A stretch of DNA of 64,000 bases from Felis catus (GCF_018350175.1 NC_058386.1:14384001-14448000); one strand, 5' to 3'. Counted from the stretch's first letter, positions 12,018 to 24,446 are shown. The notes: generated by a model from the letters alone, not told the origin. Program-made: numbers and translations.

Positions 12018-13074
12018 GCATGAATTCTCAGGGGGCTAATCCAATGTTAATGATGTATAGTCCCAAAGAAATAATATGTTAAAATGAGAAAGCCCACAGT
12101 CAACTTCCATGCCTAATGTTACAGGACTTGAGACTCTGGGTTTATCGCTGACATTATGGATATGAAATAAAAATGCTTTATTTCCTGACTCTTAAGAGAA
12201 TAAATGCTTTTTCCTTAATTTACTCTAAGTCTATTGCCAAAATTTGTTAGGTCCAGACCATGATAAATAAAGTAGGCCTATATAACAAAGAAATAACATT
12301 TCCAAGAAGACAGAAATAAAAACAACACACATGCACATGCGCACACTTAAAAAAAATCCTAGGCATTAAAAATAGTCTACAATGAACCTATAAGTTTCTA
12401 TTAAATCACCATCTTGACAACCAAATTTATGCATCTAAATGTGTAACAGACATTACATACCATTTTGGACTATTTTCACCCCTGTAGCTATGAATGATGA
12501 GTGTGCAGGGGGAAATAACCCTGTGGCAGCCAGTAATATATAGGTTTGGGTCATAAAAGAGAATATCAAAACAATTTCTTGGTTTCCCCCAAATAGAAGG
12601 CATTTCGATTTTTGCTTCTGGGTTGGGGTGAAAGTTCAAATAGGGAAAGGGATAGAGATAGGAAGCAAGGGCCCTGAGATGGACTTTTTCAACTTGAACA
12701 TGTTGCCATGAGCAGCTTAAGGTCTTACACATAAAATAAAATGGTTACCCTCTTTTAATTGACAGAGACTTAGCGAAGGTTGTCCTGTTTTCTGGGGTAC
12801 AGATTCAATAAAGCCTTCCTGAGGAGCTGCAATCCTCTGAACATTCACCACATAAAATGTCAACCAGGCCCTCCAACTTGCTGGGCTCAACACACAGAAG
12901 TTCCATTTGCTAGAGGTCAGAGCACACAAATCAGATCAGTGGGTGCCCCAGGGGAAAAAACATTCTAGGTCCTATTTATCCTTTGAGGACTGTTTGCCTT
13001 GCATTATTTGCATGAGTGGCTATCTTTGTCATTAAATCTGTTTTGTTTGCTTTCTAGAATCACTTCGTCACTAG

Positions 13075-13220
13075 TGACAAGTATTATAAAGCATTTTATG
13101 GGGTTAGGATATTGTCCTAGGAACAGGAGCTATAAAGAGAAAGGAGACATAGTCTCAGCATTCAAGAAGCTTGTAATGTAGTTGGGGAGAGAATCAATCG
13201 AGGGCCAAAAATATATAAAT
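13075..13220 (-). mobile_element. L2 3' fragment
   Basis: attgtcctaggaacagg...agacatagtctcagcattcaagaagcttgtaatgtagttgggga. Confidence 0.6.
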
Positions 13221-13594
13221 AGTAATATAAGTGTGGTAGGAGGCCAGACTTGTATTTCAGTGGGATTTGGATGTGAATGGGCATGATCAACAGACTGGTT
13301 GGGTGGGCTCACCAGAAGACTCTTTGCGTGAGTATTGAACAGCTGCTTTTAAAAAGCTCCTCCCAAACAGGACAGAAAATGCCAGGAATAACATGTTTTT
13401 ACCAGTAACAAAGCATAAAGGAATAGTGTTCTGAGTAAAACCCAACAGTTACACTGTCTCTAACCCACCCCTAAGGAAACATCCATCGCTTGGATTCTAG
13501 GAAGAACAAAAGCGATAAGTAAACATTTACTTTCACTAAAACTCTGTACAACATTAGAGAAAGAACATGATTTGAGACCTCTCTAACAGAGTAC

Positions 13595-13727
13595 AATAAG
13601 TGGGGACTGTGGCAGTCATTACTGCTATTCTCCAAATATTTCCTGCTCTGTTTTCTAAGCATATTAAGTTGGAATACAATTCTTGGCCTCCTTATGTTTC
13701 CGTGAGCCTGGTGACTAATTGTGGCAT
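13595..13727 (+). mobile_element. MaLR polypurine tract plus start of MLT1-type LTR
   Basis: aagtggggac|tgtggcagtcattactgctattctccaaatatttcctgctc. Confidence 0.55.
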
Positions 13728-15215
13728 GTGGATGAATATATGGAAATGGGTACAAAGAATCAAGATCCGTGATCCTCATGTTAACACCCACCAGAAAGCA
13801 CCTACCATGGATGAGGCAGTGGCCAACGAAGTAGACAAAGTCAGTTGGCTGGTTGATGGCATCCAGACTTTGTCATCGGCCACCACAGAATTGGCACAAT
13901 GGAAACAACAGAGTAACCACAGGGGCAGAGATGGAGGTCACACATGGGCCCAACAGGAATCTATTACTGCCACTTCAGGATGTCCAACCTGTTAGCACCA
14001 TAGACTTATGTTGAGCCTCCAATATGATACTTTCCCTTGAGGAGACAGATGGGCCACTTGGTAACAGTTGACTTCATTTGGGTCACTTCCACTCTGGAAA
14101 ACCCAGCAGTTCATTCTCACAGAAACAGATATTCATTCCACATATATAGTTTTCCCTTTCCTGTCTGCAGAACCTCAGCCAGCTCTGCTATCCAAGGGCT
14201 TACAAAATGCCTGACACACAAGGATGCAGTCCCATATAATGTAGCGTCTGACCAGGATGCTTCATTTCACAGCACCAGAGGTAAGCGAGTGAGCCCATGA
14301 TCATGGGATCCACTGGCTATATTACATACCGTACTGTTCAGAATGTAACTGGCCATCATAGAGCAATGGGATTGCCTGCTAAAGGTACAGCTGAAATGCC
14401 AGCTCAGAGGCAAGACTCTGCAAGGACGGAATGCCATCATCTAGGATTCGGTATACACACTGATTCAGACACCTCTGTATGGTACTGTGCTCCCCACAGG
14501 AAGAGTACAGGGGTCTGTGAACCAAGAAGTGGAGGCAGGAGTGATCCCACCTGCCATTATTCCCGGTGACCCAGTGGGGGACTTTGTGCTTTCCATCCCT
14601 TCAGCTTTGGGCTCTGCTTGATTAGGATGTCCCAAAGGGGGCACACTCTTGCCACCCCAACCCCCTTCAGAGGATATAGCAACACGCCACTTGGACTATC
14701 TGTGCTTCCTGTGTCTTGGGTTCAGCAGGCAAATAGAGTAGCGACCATCTTACAGCGGGGATTGATCCTACTCAGCAAGAGGAGGTAAGGATGCTCTTAC
14801 ATGGTGGCAGGGGGTGGGGCCAGGGAGGAATATACATGAAACCCAGATGATATGCTTGGGCACCTCATGGTACTCCCTTGTCCAGAGGAGACTGCGAATA
14901 GATGAGTGCGTCAACCTCAGTCTGGAAGGGAATATTTACCAGGGCTTAGACTCCTCAGGAATAAGGGTTTAGGTCATATCACTGGGCAAGCCACGGAGCC
15001 AGCAGAGATAGGAGCTGCAGGTGAAGAGAATTTAGAGAGGACAGAGGAAGAGGAAGAAAACAAGGACCATTTGCAGTCCCAAGTCCCACTGCAGAAACAG
15101 GGGCTGTAGTTCATCACATTAGTGCTCCCTCAAGAGGGAAGACCCACTAGAACCCTTGACTAACTGCTCCCTGAACCTGTATGGAGAAGTGAATTTGTGT
15201 CAACCATGGAGGGAA
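13728..15215 (+). pseudogene. pol: ERVL (ERV3-16A3-like) internal fragment: decayed RNase H end, integrase and 3' region
   Basis: HVNTHQKAPTMDEAVANEVDK (RNase H end), NHRGRDGGHTWAQQ..CPTC (IN zinc finger), FPFPVCRTSASSAIQGLTKCLTHKDAVPYNVASDQ (IN core); stops and frameshifts. Confidence 0.9.
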
Positions 15216-16132
15216 AGTCCTTGAATACTTAGAACCATTTCTCCATAAACCCTGCCCAAGTCCCTTCAATCAGGATTACAGAGATTTAACTCTGACCTGA
15301 GGTCTTAATGGTCAAGCACATGGAGAACCTGCCTTCCATCCATCTCCACTACTACCACCATAGAAATGAAGTTTTGACCACCTAGTTTGCTTTGCCTCAG
15401 TCTCCTTAATATCATCCAGAGGCAGAGCATTGCTCTTGTGCCATTTACTTCAGCTCTCTTGTCTTTCTTTTCCAATGATTCTCTTCAACACTGACTCAGA
15501 GTTTCTGCATATTTTATCCTAAAGTATTCTGATCGTGGAAAACATATATGGAGGTAAAGCTGCCTACATAGCCTTCAGAGTCAGGTGAGCTAAGTATTTA
15601 GTAGGCATCACTGTTTAGATAGATTCATATGGAACAGCAAGGGACTAGGGAGGGTCATACATATTTCCTAAAGCCTCAGTGGGCATATACTTTCTCACAC
15701 TATTCACAGGTTCACAATATCACAGCTAGGATCCACCTTTACTCCAGTTTATCTTTAGGTTTCAATGTAACAGCCACCCAGAGGCACTTGAAACCATGTG
15801 GCCGCTGCCACGTGCAGTTCATCTTGCATATGTGTCAGTGATATATGAGCTAGAGCCCAGGTTCTCCAGCCCACCCTCTCCACAGCCATTTGTGACTCCT
15901 GCCACCTGCTTCCAGACAGAAACTGTATCTATGCGTATAAGTGTATTTTTATCAAGGAAGGGGATATTTACTTGGATCACCCTCTATGGAAGTGAAGCGG
16001 TTTCTCATGGTATTGCTGCATTTCGAGGTCTGAATGCTAAGGCTAATTCTCCCTAGTACAGAGCAAGCACCTCTGATTGCCTCCTAAAAACTAGAGAAAA
16101 GGCAGTGGCTGTCCAAATTCGACGCAACTTAC

Positions 16133-16225
16133 CTACACGTGAGTGAAGACGTATTTCGTAGCTTTAGTGTTGGATATCAGGGAGCACTCAGCAGGAAGTC
16201 ACGTTACGGGATATGACGCTAGAGT
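16133..16225 (-). other. Candidate non-coding internal exon (93 bp)
   Basis: Minus strand: ttttgtctttttcctcttttcAG|ACTCTAGCG...CACGTGTAG|GTaagttg; stops in all 3 frames; CpG-rich. Confidence 0.45.
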
Positions 16226-16294
16226 CTGAAAAGAGGAAAAAGACAAAACGGTAATGAAATATGGAGAGAGGTTCAAAACGCGGGCAGTCCCAAC

Positions 16295-16825
16295 AACCGA
16301 ACACGCATTCTTTTTCAAATGCACAAGAACATTTACCAAAATTTCCCACATACTGGTTCGTCAAAGTTTCAACATATTTCAAAGGGTGAAATCATTCAGA
16401 GTGTGATCTCTGACTACAGTGATCTTAAGCGAGAAATCAGTAACAAAAGGATTAGAAAGTTCACAACTGATTGAATATTAAGCAATACAATTCTAAATAA
16501 TCCATGAGTCAAAGAAGAAATCACAATGGAAATGATAAAACATTTGAATTAATGATAAAGACACTGTATATCAAACTCGATGGGTGTAGCTAGAGCAGTG
16601 GATAGAGTGGAAACTATAGCTTTAAATACATGTAGTAGGAAAGACAGGCTGCAAATCAGTGATCTATGTTTCCATTTCAAAGAGTTAAAGAAAAACAACA
16701 AATCAAATCCAGAGAAAGCAGAAGGAAGGAAAATACTAGAGCTCAGGACAAAAATCTGAGAATAAAACAGAGCATAATCAACGAAGCCAAAAGTTGGTTC
16801 TTTGACAAGATTCATGCAATTGATA
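16295..16825 (+). mobile_element. L1 ORF2 5' fragment (end of endonuclease/linker)
   Basis: cattctttttcaaatgcacaagaacatttaccaaaat..., ttctaaataatccatgagtcaaagaagaaatcacaatgg, INEAKSWFFDKI. Confidence 0.9.
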
Positions 16826-17513
16826 CGCTAGAGGATGTCACGCAGCTTTCCAAGCCCGGGGGCCAGAGAAGAACATCTAAGTTTAGGTAATGCTAAGCTC
16901 ACAAAAGGGAGTTGAATGGATAGTGAATAGGGCCCAAGCTAACCTATCGGTGCATGTTAGCTGCCAACTTGTGTAGTCAGAGTGTGGTCCACAAGTGGTC
17001 GGCCAAGCTCTATGCACTGAGGTGTGAATAGGAGATCAGCAGCCAGCAGGGAATCAGCTCCTGAGCTGAACAACCATCTCACAGTAGAAGCAGAATCTGT
17101 GAAGGTGTCTGTAGCAGACTCTTCCCTCATCTATGCTCAGGAAGTGTTTTACAGCCAGCATCAGAGGAAAACGCTCTTATTAATTCCAGGAGTAGTAATC
17201 AGGTTTGTGTTGGTATTCTCTGTGTCTGGAACGGGTACAATTGCTGTACTTTCACCTCCCTTGCCAGGACTCAAAGACTGGAGTAAAAACTCCACAGCAA
17301 CAGTCAACGTGTGCACCTCCCAACCAGCAGCTGTCCAAGCGTGTACCAAGAGAAGATCATGAGCTACTCATGCTCAGACCACACAATGACAGTGTGATCA
17401 TGTCCTGAGGTTTCAAACAGACACAATAAGAAGCCAAATACTCTTGGAGGTCATGGTGTAAATCAGAGAATGGGGCTTAAAGAAGGTAACTCCCCTTCCT
17501 GTGTTCATATCTA

Positions 17514-17870
17514 CGTATCAGTAAGGATGCACTGGACTGCAAGTAACAGAAAATTGGTCTCAAACTGATTTTAAAAATGAGAAAATATATTAGTCCAATT
17601 ACAAGCGTCCGGAGGCGGGATGGACTCCAAGCACATGATGTCGCATCTCCAGCTCGATTTGGCTCTGTCCCCCTCTGTGAAATGGCCAGAACAACTCCAG
17701 GCGCAACATGCAGACACAACAAAGGGCAAACCAAGAGGGGATTCTCTCTCCATGTCGCCTTTGTAGTCCCCCTGGCAGAATTTCTTCCTACGTTTCATCA
17801 GCCCAGACTGGGCCCTATATCCTTTTTGAAATTAATTACTGATATGGGATTGCCGTGATTGGTTCAGGCC
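17514..17870 (-). mobile_element. MLT1K/L-like MaLR LTR
   Basis: tatcagtaaggatgcactggactgcaagtaacagaaaa...tcatcagcccagactgggcc. Confidence 0.7.
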
Positions 17871-17890
17871 AATTTAAAACACATTTTATT

Positions 17891-18112
17891 GGGGGTGCCT
17901 GGGTGGCTCAGTCGGTTAAACACCCGACTCTTGATTTCAGTTCAGCTCATGATCTCACAGTTGGTGGGACTGAGCCCCACGTCGGAATTAGCCATGACAG
18001 TACAGAGCCTGCTTGGGATTCTCTCTCTGCCCCTTCCCTGCTCATGTGTGCATGTGTGCTTGCTTGCTCGCTTGCTTTCTCTCCCTCTCTCAAAATAAAC
18101 TTAAAAAAAATT
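17891..18112 (+). mobile_element. CAN-SINE
   Basis: gggggtgcctgggtggctcagtcggttaa head; caaaataaactt tail. Confidence 0.95.
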
Positions 18113-18227
18113 TTATTGAAGTATAAGATACCTAAAAACGTGTATTTCTTTTTACAAACTCATTATTGAGTTATTGAGGATCCACATATCTAACTAGATA
18201 TGTGTTCTATCTAACGAGAAGTAGATA

Positions 18228-18730
18228 AGGGCTTTTAACCTTGTTTGTACCATGGGCTCCCTTGGCAGTGTGGGCTCCTTGGCCTAAGGACCCCTTCTAG
18301 GACTATTTTTAAATGTATAAAATAACATGTGTAGGATTACCAAGGAGTCCAGTTACTTGGATATGACATCATTATAATTTTAATGCATTCATTCAGGTTA
18401 ATTAAGATTAATCTGGTCATTCAATAAATTTATGACATAGTATGTGTGCTTCTTTATTAATAAATAACACAATTTAGTGGCAGGTATAATTACTACAATA
18501 ATTCCGAATTGCTGACTAGCATAAAGGATTCAAATGATAACAAAATCATAGGTCCTGCTAATACACTACTGTGGTTTCTTACCTACATTTATTATTGAAG
18601 GAAAAGCTACATTTCAGTTAAAAGTCAGTAGAAATAAAGAGGTGTTTTTTTTTTCCATGCAGTCATTGTCTCCTTAAATTCTATCTAAGGACCAATTAAG
18701 TGTCAGTAGATCCAAGGTTAAGAACACCTG
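18228..18730 (+). mobile_element. MER119-like hAT-Charlie element
   Basis: gggcttttaacctt...ggaccccttct...taggattaccaagga...atacactactgtggtttcttacctacatt...ccaaggttaagaacacctg. Confidence 0.85.
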
Positions 18731-18829
18731 AACTATAGACTCATCAGTTGAAGTGGTCTGGATGTTGGATGGTTGAACACCATGATCCACACCAGTACAT
18801 GAAAGAAACTGGAGCTCTGGGTTTTGCAG

Positions 18830-18990
18830 ATTCATTTTTCATTCATTCAGCAATTATTTATCACATAGGCATTATGTGTTGGGTACCATGCTATGTACAG
18901 GTATGCAGTGGCGAATTAAGAGACATAATCTCTCCCATCGTATAGTTTTTAGGCCAGTGGACAGGAGAGAGAATAAATAAGTAAAGAGAG
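18830..18990 (-). mobile_element. L2 3' fragment
   Basis: ttcattcattcagcaattattt...tatgtgttgggtaccatgcta. Confidence 0.6.
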
Positions 18991-19419
18991 ATGAAGATTC
19001 AGAGAGAGGGCAAGTCGGCCATTTGAGCTGGAATCCAGAGGTCTGGTTCAAACCAAAGGATGGGCAAGTCTCCAGTTGAGTTTTTTTAAACAAGTAATTG
19101 CTAAGAATTTCTCCTGAGCAATACAGACTTTCCAGTGGGGATACTATGGACCCCTGGTGAACCCACCCCTGGAGTAGTCCCGATTGTCTTCAGTGTGGTG
19201 GCTCATGCCATCTGATATCGTCCAATAAAGATCCCTATGACTTGTCTTGCCGTGTTAGTGTTCTCCACCAAAGCTTTCTGCCAAAGCCAGAGGTTCATCT
19301 TTCAGTGAATACATAAGAATACATTATGTCTCCAACCTGCACCTTACGGTATCAGTGACGGCATTTCAGGAGACACCACACTGCCCCCAAAAAACAAAGC
19401 TTCATTTTTTTCCTTTTTT

Positions 19420-19770
19420 TTTTCATTATAAAATATTTCTTGAGCACCTTCTGGATAATAAGCATGATGCTGGGAGCAAGGGTCACAGAGACTAATAAGA
19501 CATGGCCCTACTGCCAAACAAACAACACTCTAGTGGAGGGAGACAGGCATATAAACCAGTAAATGCCAGTTGGCGCTTCAGCTGCTAGAGCAAAAGTCTC
19601 TGAGAGTTGCAGGGGGATACAAAGCCTGAATGGGGCAGTTCTACCAGGTCTGGAGTGAGGAGCGGGGCAGGCAGGAAGAGTTTCATTAAGAAGTCAATTC
19701 TTAAGCTTTTTGTTGGAAGAGGGGTAAGTAGAATGTTGCCAGATGATCAAGGAAGAAGGGACTTTCTCGG
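19420..19770 (-). mobile_element. L2 fragment
   Basis: aaatatttcttgagcacct...aataagacatggccct...ctagtggaggggagacag. Confidence 0.65.
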
Positions 19771-20109
19771 CTAGGCATTCAACGGCTACCATGACCTGGC
19801 TCTACCCACAGGAGCCATGAATTCCCAGTCGAAGCCCCAAGGAGGTGGTCCTAAAATTAGAAGCAACCAACATTTAACCTTGCTTTCCTTACTTTTCTTC
19901 AATGGTGTTTGGAAACGTGTGGTAGAAAGACGTTCAGATAGGGAAAAGACATGAAATCAGAACTAGGCAAGCAAGCAAGAATCGGAAACAGCTTGATAGA
20001 GCAAGGAAAGGAAAGGAAGTTAGTATTTCCATGTTATGTAAGGGAGTATCTTTTTAGGTCCTCAAATCGTCATGAGTGAATCAAGTTTTACATCTCCTTA
20101 TACTGGGTC

Positions 20110-20275
20110 ATGTGGTTCTAAACCTTGGCTGCAAAGCAGAATCACCTAGAGTTTTTAAAATGATCAATTTCTAGGATACATCCCAAACAATTAAATCAGT
20201 ACCTTTAGGGGTGGGACACATGCACCGGTCATTTTTAAAGCTCCCCAAGATGCAGCCCAAGTTGAGAACTGGTGC
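20110..20275. mobile_element. MER5A1-like hAT MITE
   Basis: tggttctaaaccttggctgca...agaatcacct...ttttaaagctcccca...gttgagaac. Confidence 0.85.
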
Positions 20276-20283
20276 CTTATGAT

Positions 20284-20626
20284 CAAGGGTCAGTCAAAAA
20301 AGCAGAGGGGCTCTGTAGAGGGGCAGAGAGTAAATATTTGGGGCTTTGCAGGCCAGACCATCTGTCATGACCACTCAACTCTGCCAATGCAGTGGGAAAG
20401 TAGCCACAGACAATACATAAATGAACGGTGCGGCCGTGTGCCAAGAAAACTTGATTTATGGACACTGAAATTTTGAATTTCATATCCTTTTTAGGTGTCA
20501 TGAAATATTTGTCTTTTGACTTTTTTGCATCCATTTAAAAATGTAAAAACCACTCTTAGCTTTACTGGCCGTACAAAAACAGTAGGCTGGTGGATTTGGC
20601 TCACCAGAAGAGCTAGCCGTTTCCTG
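20284..20626. mobile_element. MER58B-like hAT element
   Basis: agagtaaatatttggggctttgcaggcca...actcaactctgcc...atttatggacactgaaattttgaatttcata. Confidence 0.88.
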
Positions 20627-21764
20627 CTATCGGCAACAGGAGATACCAGAACAAGGAGGGCAAAATGGGAAGCTTCCATCGCCCCCTTGGTGAAATGTCA
20701 ATTTGAAAATAAAGCACCTTCCCACAGGCTGAGCATTTCTGTCTTCATCCCAATTGTGTCTCTGAAAATTCAAGCTTAATACTACACACACACTGCTAAA
20801 ATTACATCTCGCTGCTCTCTAAAAACATACAGGTGGACAAAATATACAAAAACAAGTTTTCAAAATATGACTCTGTAATCCTATGCGATATCCACTTTCA
20901 AACTGCCAATATTGCAACCCGCCCTGCAATTTCATCAAACTGGCAGAAACAATTGGATGGGGCTGGAAAGCGATGGCTTGCCAAATGTCTCTTGAGCCAG
21001 CGGGGGCCGGAAACAGCCTTGCTGACGAGGCTTCAGCTGGGTGAATGCGCACACGGCTATAACCAACCTGTTCTCAACCAAGTAATTACCTTCTCCTGGG
21101 GAGAGAGTGGTATTAAAAAACTGCAGAAAGATTGCACCCTCTGTTAGGGGAGGAAGAAGGGGACAGAGAAAGAGAATGGGAGAGAAAGAAGAGAGGGCTA
21201 CAGAGGAAATAAAGTCCTGCAAGATAAAAAAGAAGAGGGATGTGGAGAGAATCACTAAAATCCCATCTGGGAAAAATCGTCCAGGAGATGGGAAAGGAAA
21301 CTAAAGGGCTGGCAGGTGAACAAGCCTGGCTTTTAATGGCTTAATAATAGGGATGTTTGGTAACCAATGAGGTGAATGCACAAGTGACATAAACCAGCAG
21401 GGGGTCTTGCAGGGGACCCAGCACATACTAATTGAAGGACATTTCATACAGGGTAATGGCAGAAAGATAGGGCTGCGGCTGAATCCACTTCCCTTCATTC
21501 ACAAAGGATGAGCTGGCAGAATTTAATAGCTTGGCACTGTCATTTGACTGAAGCAGCAGATGGAAAAAGTCTTCTTTTTAATGTGGGAACCAGTTGAGGG
21601 AAGGAAGCAAGAAAGGAAGGAAGGAAATGAGGAAGGGAGAGAGGGAAAAGAGAAAGAGGGAAGCAAACAAATGAAGTGTTAATGAGAGACCCCATGGTTG
21701 TGATTCAGGGAGCTGTTATCTGCCATTCATTACAAAATACCCTCTCGATGCAGCTGATCACTAG

Positions 21765-21926
21765 GTCCCCTTCTCAAACTTTGATATGCAAACAAATCAC
21801 CCCAGGAGCTCTTTAAAAGGCAGACTTTGACTCAGTAGGGCTGGGATGGGGCCTGAGATTGTGAGATTTCCAGCAAACTTCTGGTAATGTTGCCGCGTTC
21901 CAAGGACCACACTTTGAGTAGTAAGG
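21765..21926. mobile_element. MER5A-like hAT MITE
   Basis: ttctcaaactt...tcagtagggctgggatggggcctgaga...ggaccacactttgagtag. Confidence 0.85.
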
Positions 21927-21934
21927 CTCAAGGT

Positions 21935-22580
21935 ACAGTAGCCTCTGGTCACAGGTGGCTGTTGAGCACTTCAATATGCCTCATCCAGGGCGCCTGGCTC
22001 AGCTGATGAAGCGTGCAACTCTTGATATTAGGGTTGTGGTTCCAGCCCTGTGTTGGGTGTAGCGATTACTTAAAGATAAAATCTTTGCGGTGCCTGGGTG
22101 GCTCAGTTGGTTAAGCGCTGACTTCGGCTGAGGTCATGATCTCATGGTTCGTGGGTTCCAGCTCCGCATCGGCCTCTGTGCTGACAGCTCAGAGCCTGGA
22201 GCTTGTTTGGATTCTGTGTCTCCCTCTCTCTCTCTGCCCCTTCCCTGCTCGCTTGCGCTTTTGTTCTCGCTCTCTCCCTCTCTCTCTCAAAAATAAACAT
22301 TAAAAAAAATTAAAGATAAAATCTTTAATAAAAAATATGCCTGATCCAAGTTAAGCTGTGTAGATTCCAAAGACCAAGTAAAAAGATTCTAAAATACGTC
22401 ATCAGTAATTCTTACGCTGATCACGTTTTGAAATGATACTGTTTTGGATATACTGGATTAAATAAAATGTGTAATTATAATTAATTTCACCTGCTTCTTT
22501 TTCACTTTTGTAAATGTGGTTTCTTGAAAATTTAAAAACCACGCCCAGGGCTCACCCTATATTTCTACTGGACAGCACGG
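21935..22580. mobile_element. MER33-like element hosting two nested SINEs
   Basis: cacaggtggctgttgagcacttcaat...ttggatatactggattaaataaaat...atatttctactggacagcac. Confidence 0.85.
21988..22333 (+). mobile_element. Short tRNA-type CAN-SINE with a full CAN-SINE (22087-22309) in its tail
   Basis: Outer TSD aatatgcct(c/g)atcca; inner perfect 17-bp TSD ttaaagataaaatcttt. Confidence 0.93.
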
Positions 22581-22809
22581 CTTTAGGCTGTTTCTATTCA
22601 CTCTCTCCTCTGGTTTACGGGATAAAAACTGTTTTTGAGCAGTTTGCATGGTTAAGGTACAAGCGATTTACAATACACCTCATCTCTTTTTCTCTTTTCT
22701 TTTCTCCTTCCTATCTGCTCGCAGATCCTGTTCCCTCAGTTCTCACCAGGAAAATATAAGGAAATCTCAGGCACCTTAAGAAAGGGTGCCCGTGAGCTCA
22801 TTGCCCCAC

Positions 22810-23000
22810 ACTAACTCACTCCTCATGCAAGCATTTACTTCAGCAAAGCCCCTGGCTCATTCACTGAACCAACACTGGCAAGGATAAGACACAGATGCTG
22901 CACTCAAGTTCACAGTCTAGAGGAGCAGAAAGGCAGGTAAATACAGACATATACTACAGTTTCTGGGGGCTATAATAGAAGTATATACAAGAGGCACAGT
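22810..23000 (-). mobile_element. L2 fragment
   Basis: aaggataagacacagatgctgcactcaagttcacagtctagagga. Confidence 0.55.
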
Positions 23001-23049
23001 CGAGAACATGATCTAAGCTAGTTCCATTGGCCAGAACTTTCTTCTTTTC

Positions 23050-23230
23050 TGGATATTAGCTATGTGACCTTAGGCAACTCCCCTGAGCTCTTGCATCTGT
23101 TTAATGGGAGTAATACTAGTGACCTACCTCCACATGTTGGTTTGAAAGTTAAATGAGTTCATAATTATAAAGTACTTAGGTCAGTGTTTGACACATGGTA
23201 AGCTCCATATACACGTTAACTAAATAAATA
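23050..23230 (+). mobile_element. MIR SINE
   Basis: tagctatgtgaccttaggcaa...catctgtttaatgggagtaatactag...ttaaatgagtt. Confidence 0.8.
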
Positions 23231-23344
23231 GGCTTGACTGACCATTGTCAATCAGTTGACATACGTTTTGAGACATAAATAATCTATAATTATGATCCCA
23301 TCCCATCCCAACGGCCTTCTGAAATTCAGTACTAAGATGCTGCA

Positions 23345-23735
23345 AAGGACCCAAATGGACAGATAACTTGCAGGTGATTCATACGACTGAATACTATCAA
23401 CAACAAAAAAGGAAATACATTACTGCTACTCACGACACTGTAGATAAGCCTCACAGACCTAACTTGAGCAAAAGAAGCCAGACACAAGAGTACATGCTGT
23501 GTGCTTCCATTTATATAAAGTTTAAAAATATGCAAAACTAACCTATGGTAACAGATTATCTTTATTTTGAGAATGTTGGTAATGACTGGGAAGAGCAACA
23601 AAGCAAAAGGAAGAAGCATGTAAGAAGCATTTTGCTGGGTGCTAGTTGCATGGCTGTGCTCACTTTGTTAAAAGTTAGTGTGCTATACACCTGAAAGTTT
23701 TAGGCTTTACCTTATGCATATTATCTTACCATTTA
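23345..23735 (+). mobile_element. L1ME-type 3' fragment
   Basis: gaatactat...ttgagcaaaagaagccagacacaagagtacatgctgtgtgcttccatttatataaagtt. Confidence 0.85.
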
Positions 23736-24230
23736 AGCAAAAGGAAGAAGCTGCAGAAGAGTCTTCTAAAGAGTTTCATTTGGAAAATCCAGCCATGAAC
23801 CTCTGGGTACAAAGATATCAAACCTACTTAACAGTGAGAGGTGAATCCAAACACTTTTATAAAATTATGCCATTCACTTTCCTTCTGCTCCAATTCTTTT
23901 GATCTCTGACCCAGAATTAAGTCCTTCCTAGTGTAGGAGAAATGGGTAAGTTGGGTAAGAAGATTAGAGAAGAGATAGGAAAATCAGAAGAGGGCAGAGA
24001 CCCAGAAGGGCCCCAGGAGCCCCCAGAAGTGGTGAAGAGCAGCCTCCATGGGTCAGAGAATAGAGCATCCGGAGAACAACTGGCCAAGCGGTTCACTTCA
24101 GGACTCCTTGTGAAGCTGAGCCTTCTTTGTCCTTAAGGTTTTCCTAAACACTCTCCTACTGAGAGCTTTACCTGAAAGTTTTCTCCAGTTCCCTGTGGGA
24201 CTTTGCAAATTCTTTCCTCATTGCATTTTT

Positions 24231-24446
24231 TTCTTAATTTTTTTTCAACGTTTATTTATTTTTGGGACAGAGAGAGACAGAGCATGAACGGGGGAGGGGC
24301 AGAGAGAGGGAGACACAGAATCAGAAACAGGCTCCAGGCTCCGAGCCATCAGCCCAGAGCCTGACGCGGGGCTCGAACTCACAGACCGCGAGATCGTGAC
24401 CTGGCTGAAGTCGGACGCTTAACCGACTGCGCCACCCAGGCGCCCC
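24231..24446 (-). mobile_element. Young Felis-type CAN-SINE (SINEC_Fc-like)
   Basis: CpGs intact, caacgtttatttatttttgggacag tail; perfect 16-bp TSD tcctcattgcattttt. Confidence 0.97.

Noticed and set aside
16830-17500. Possible endogenous non-retroviral viral insert or retrocopy next to L1
   Set aside because: The listed ORF translations show no viral or cellular motif I recognise; no poly-A/TSD; a tBLASTx search would be needed
22681-22723. Plus-strand polypyrimidine tract + AG; isolated GTAAGT donors at ~9148 and ~59943
   Set aside because: No matching partner site defining a plausible exon
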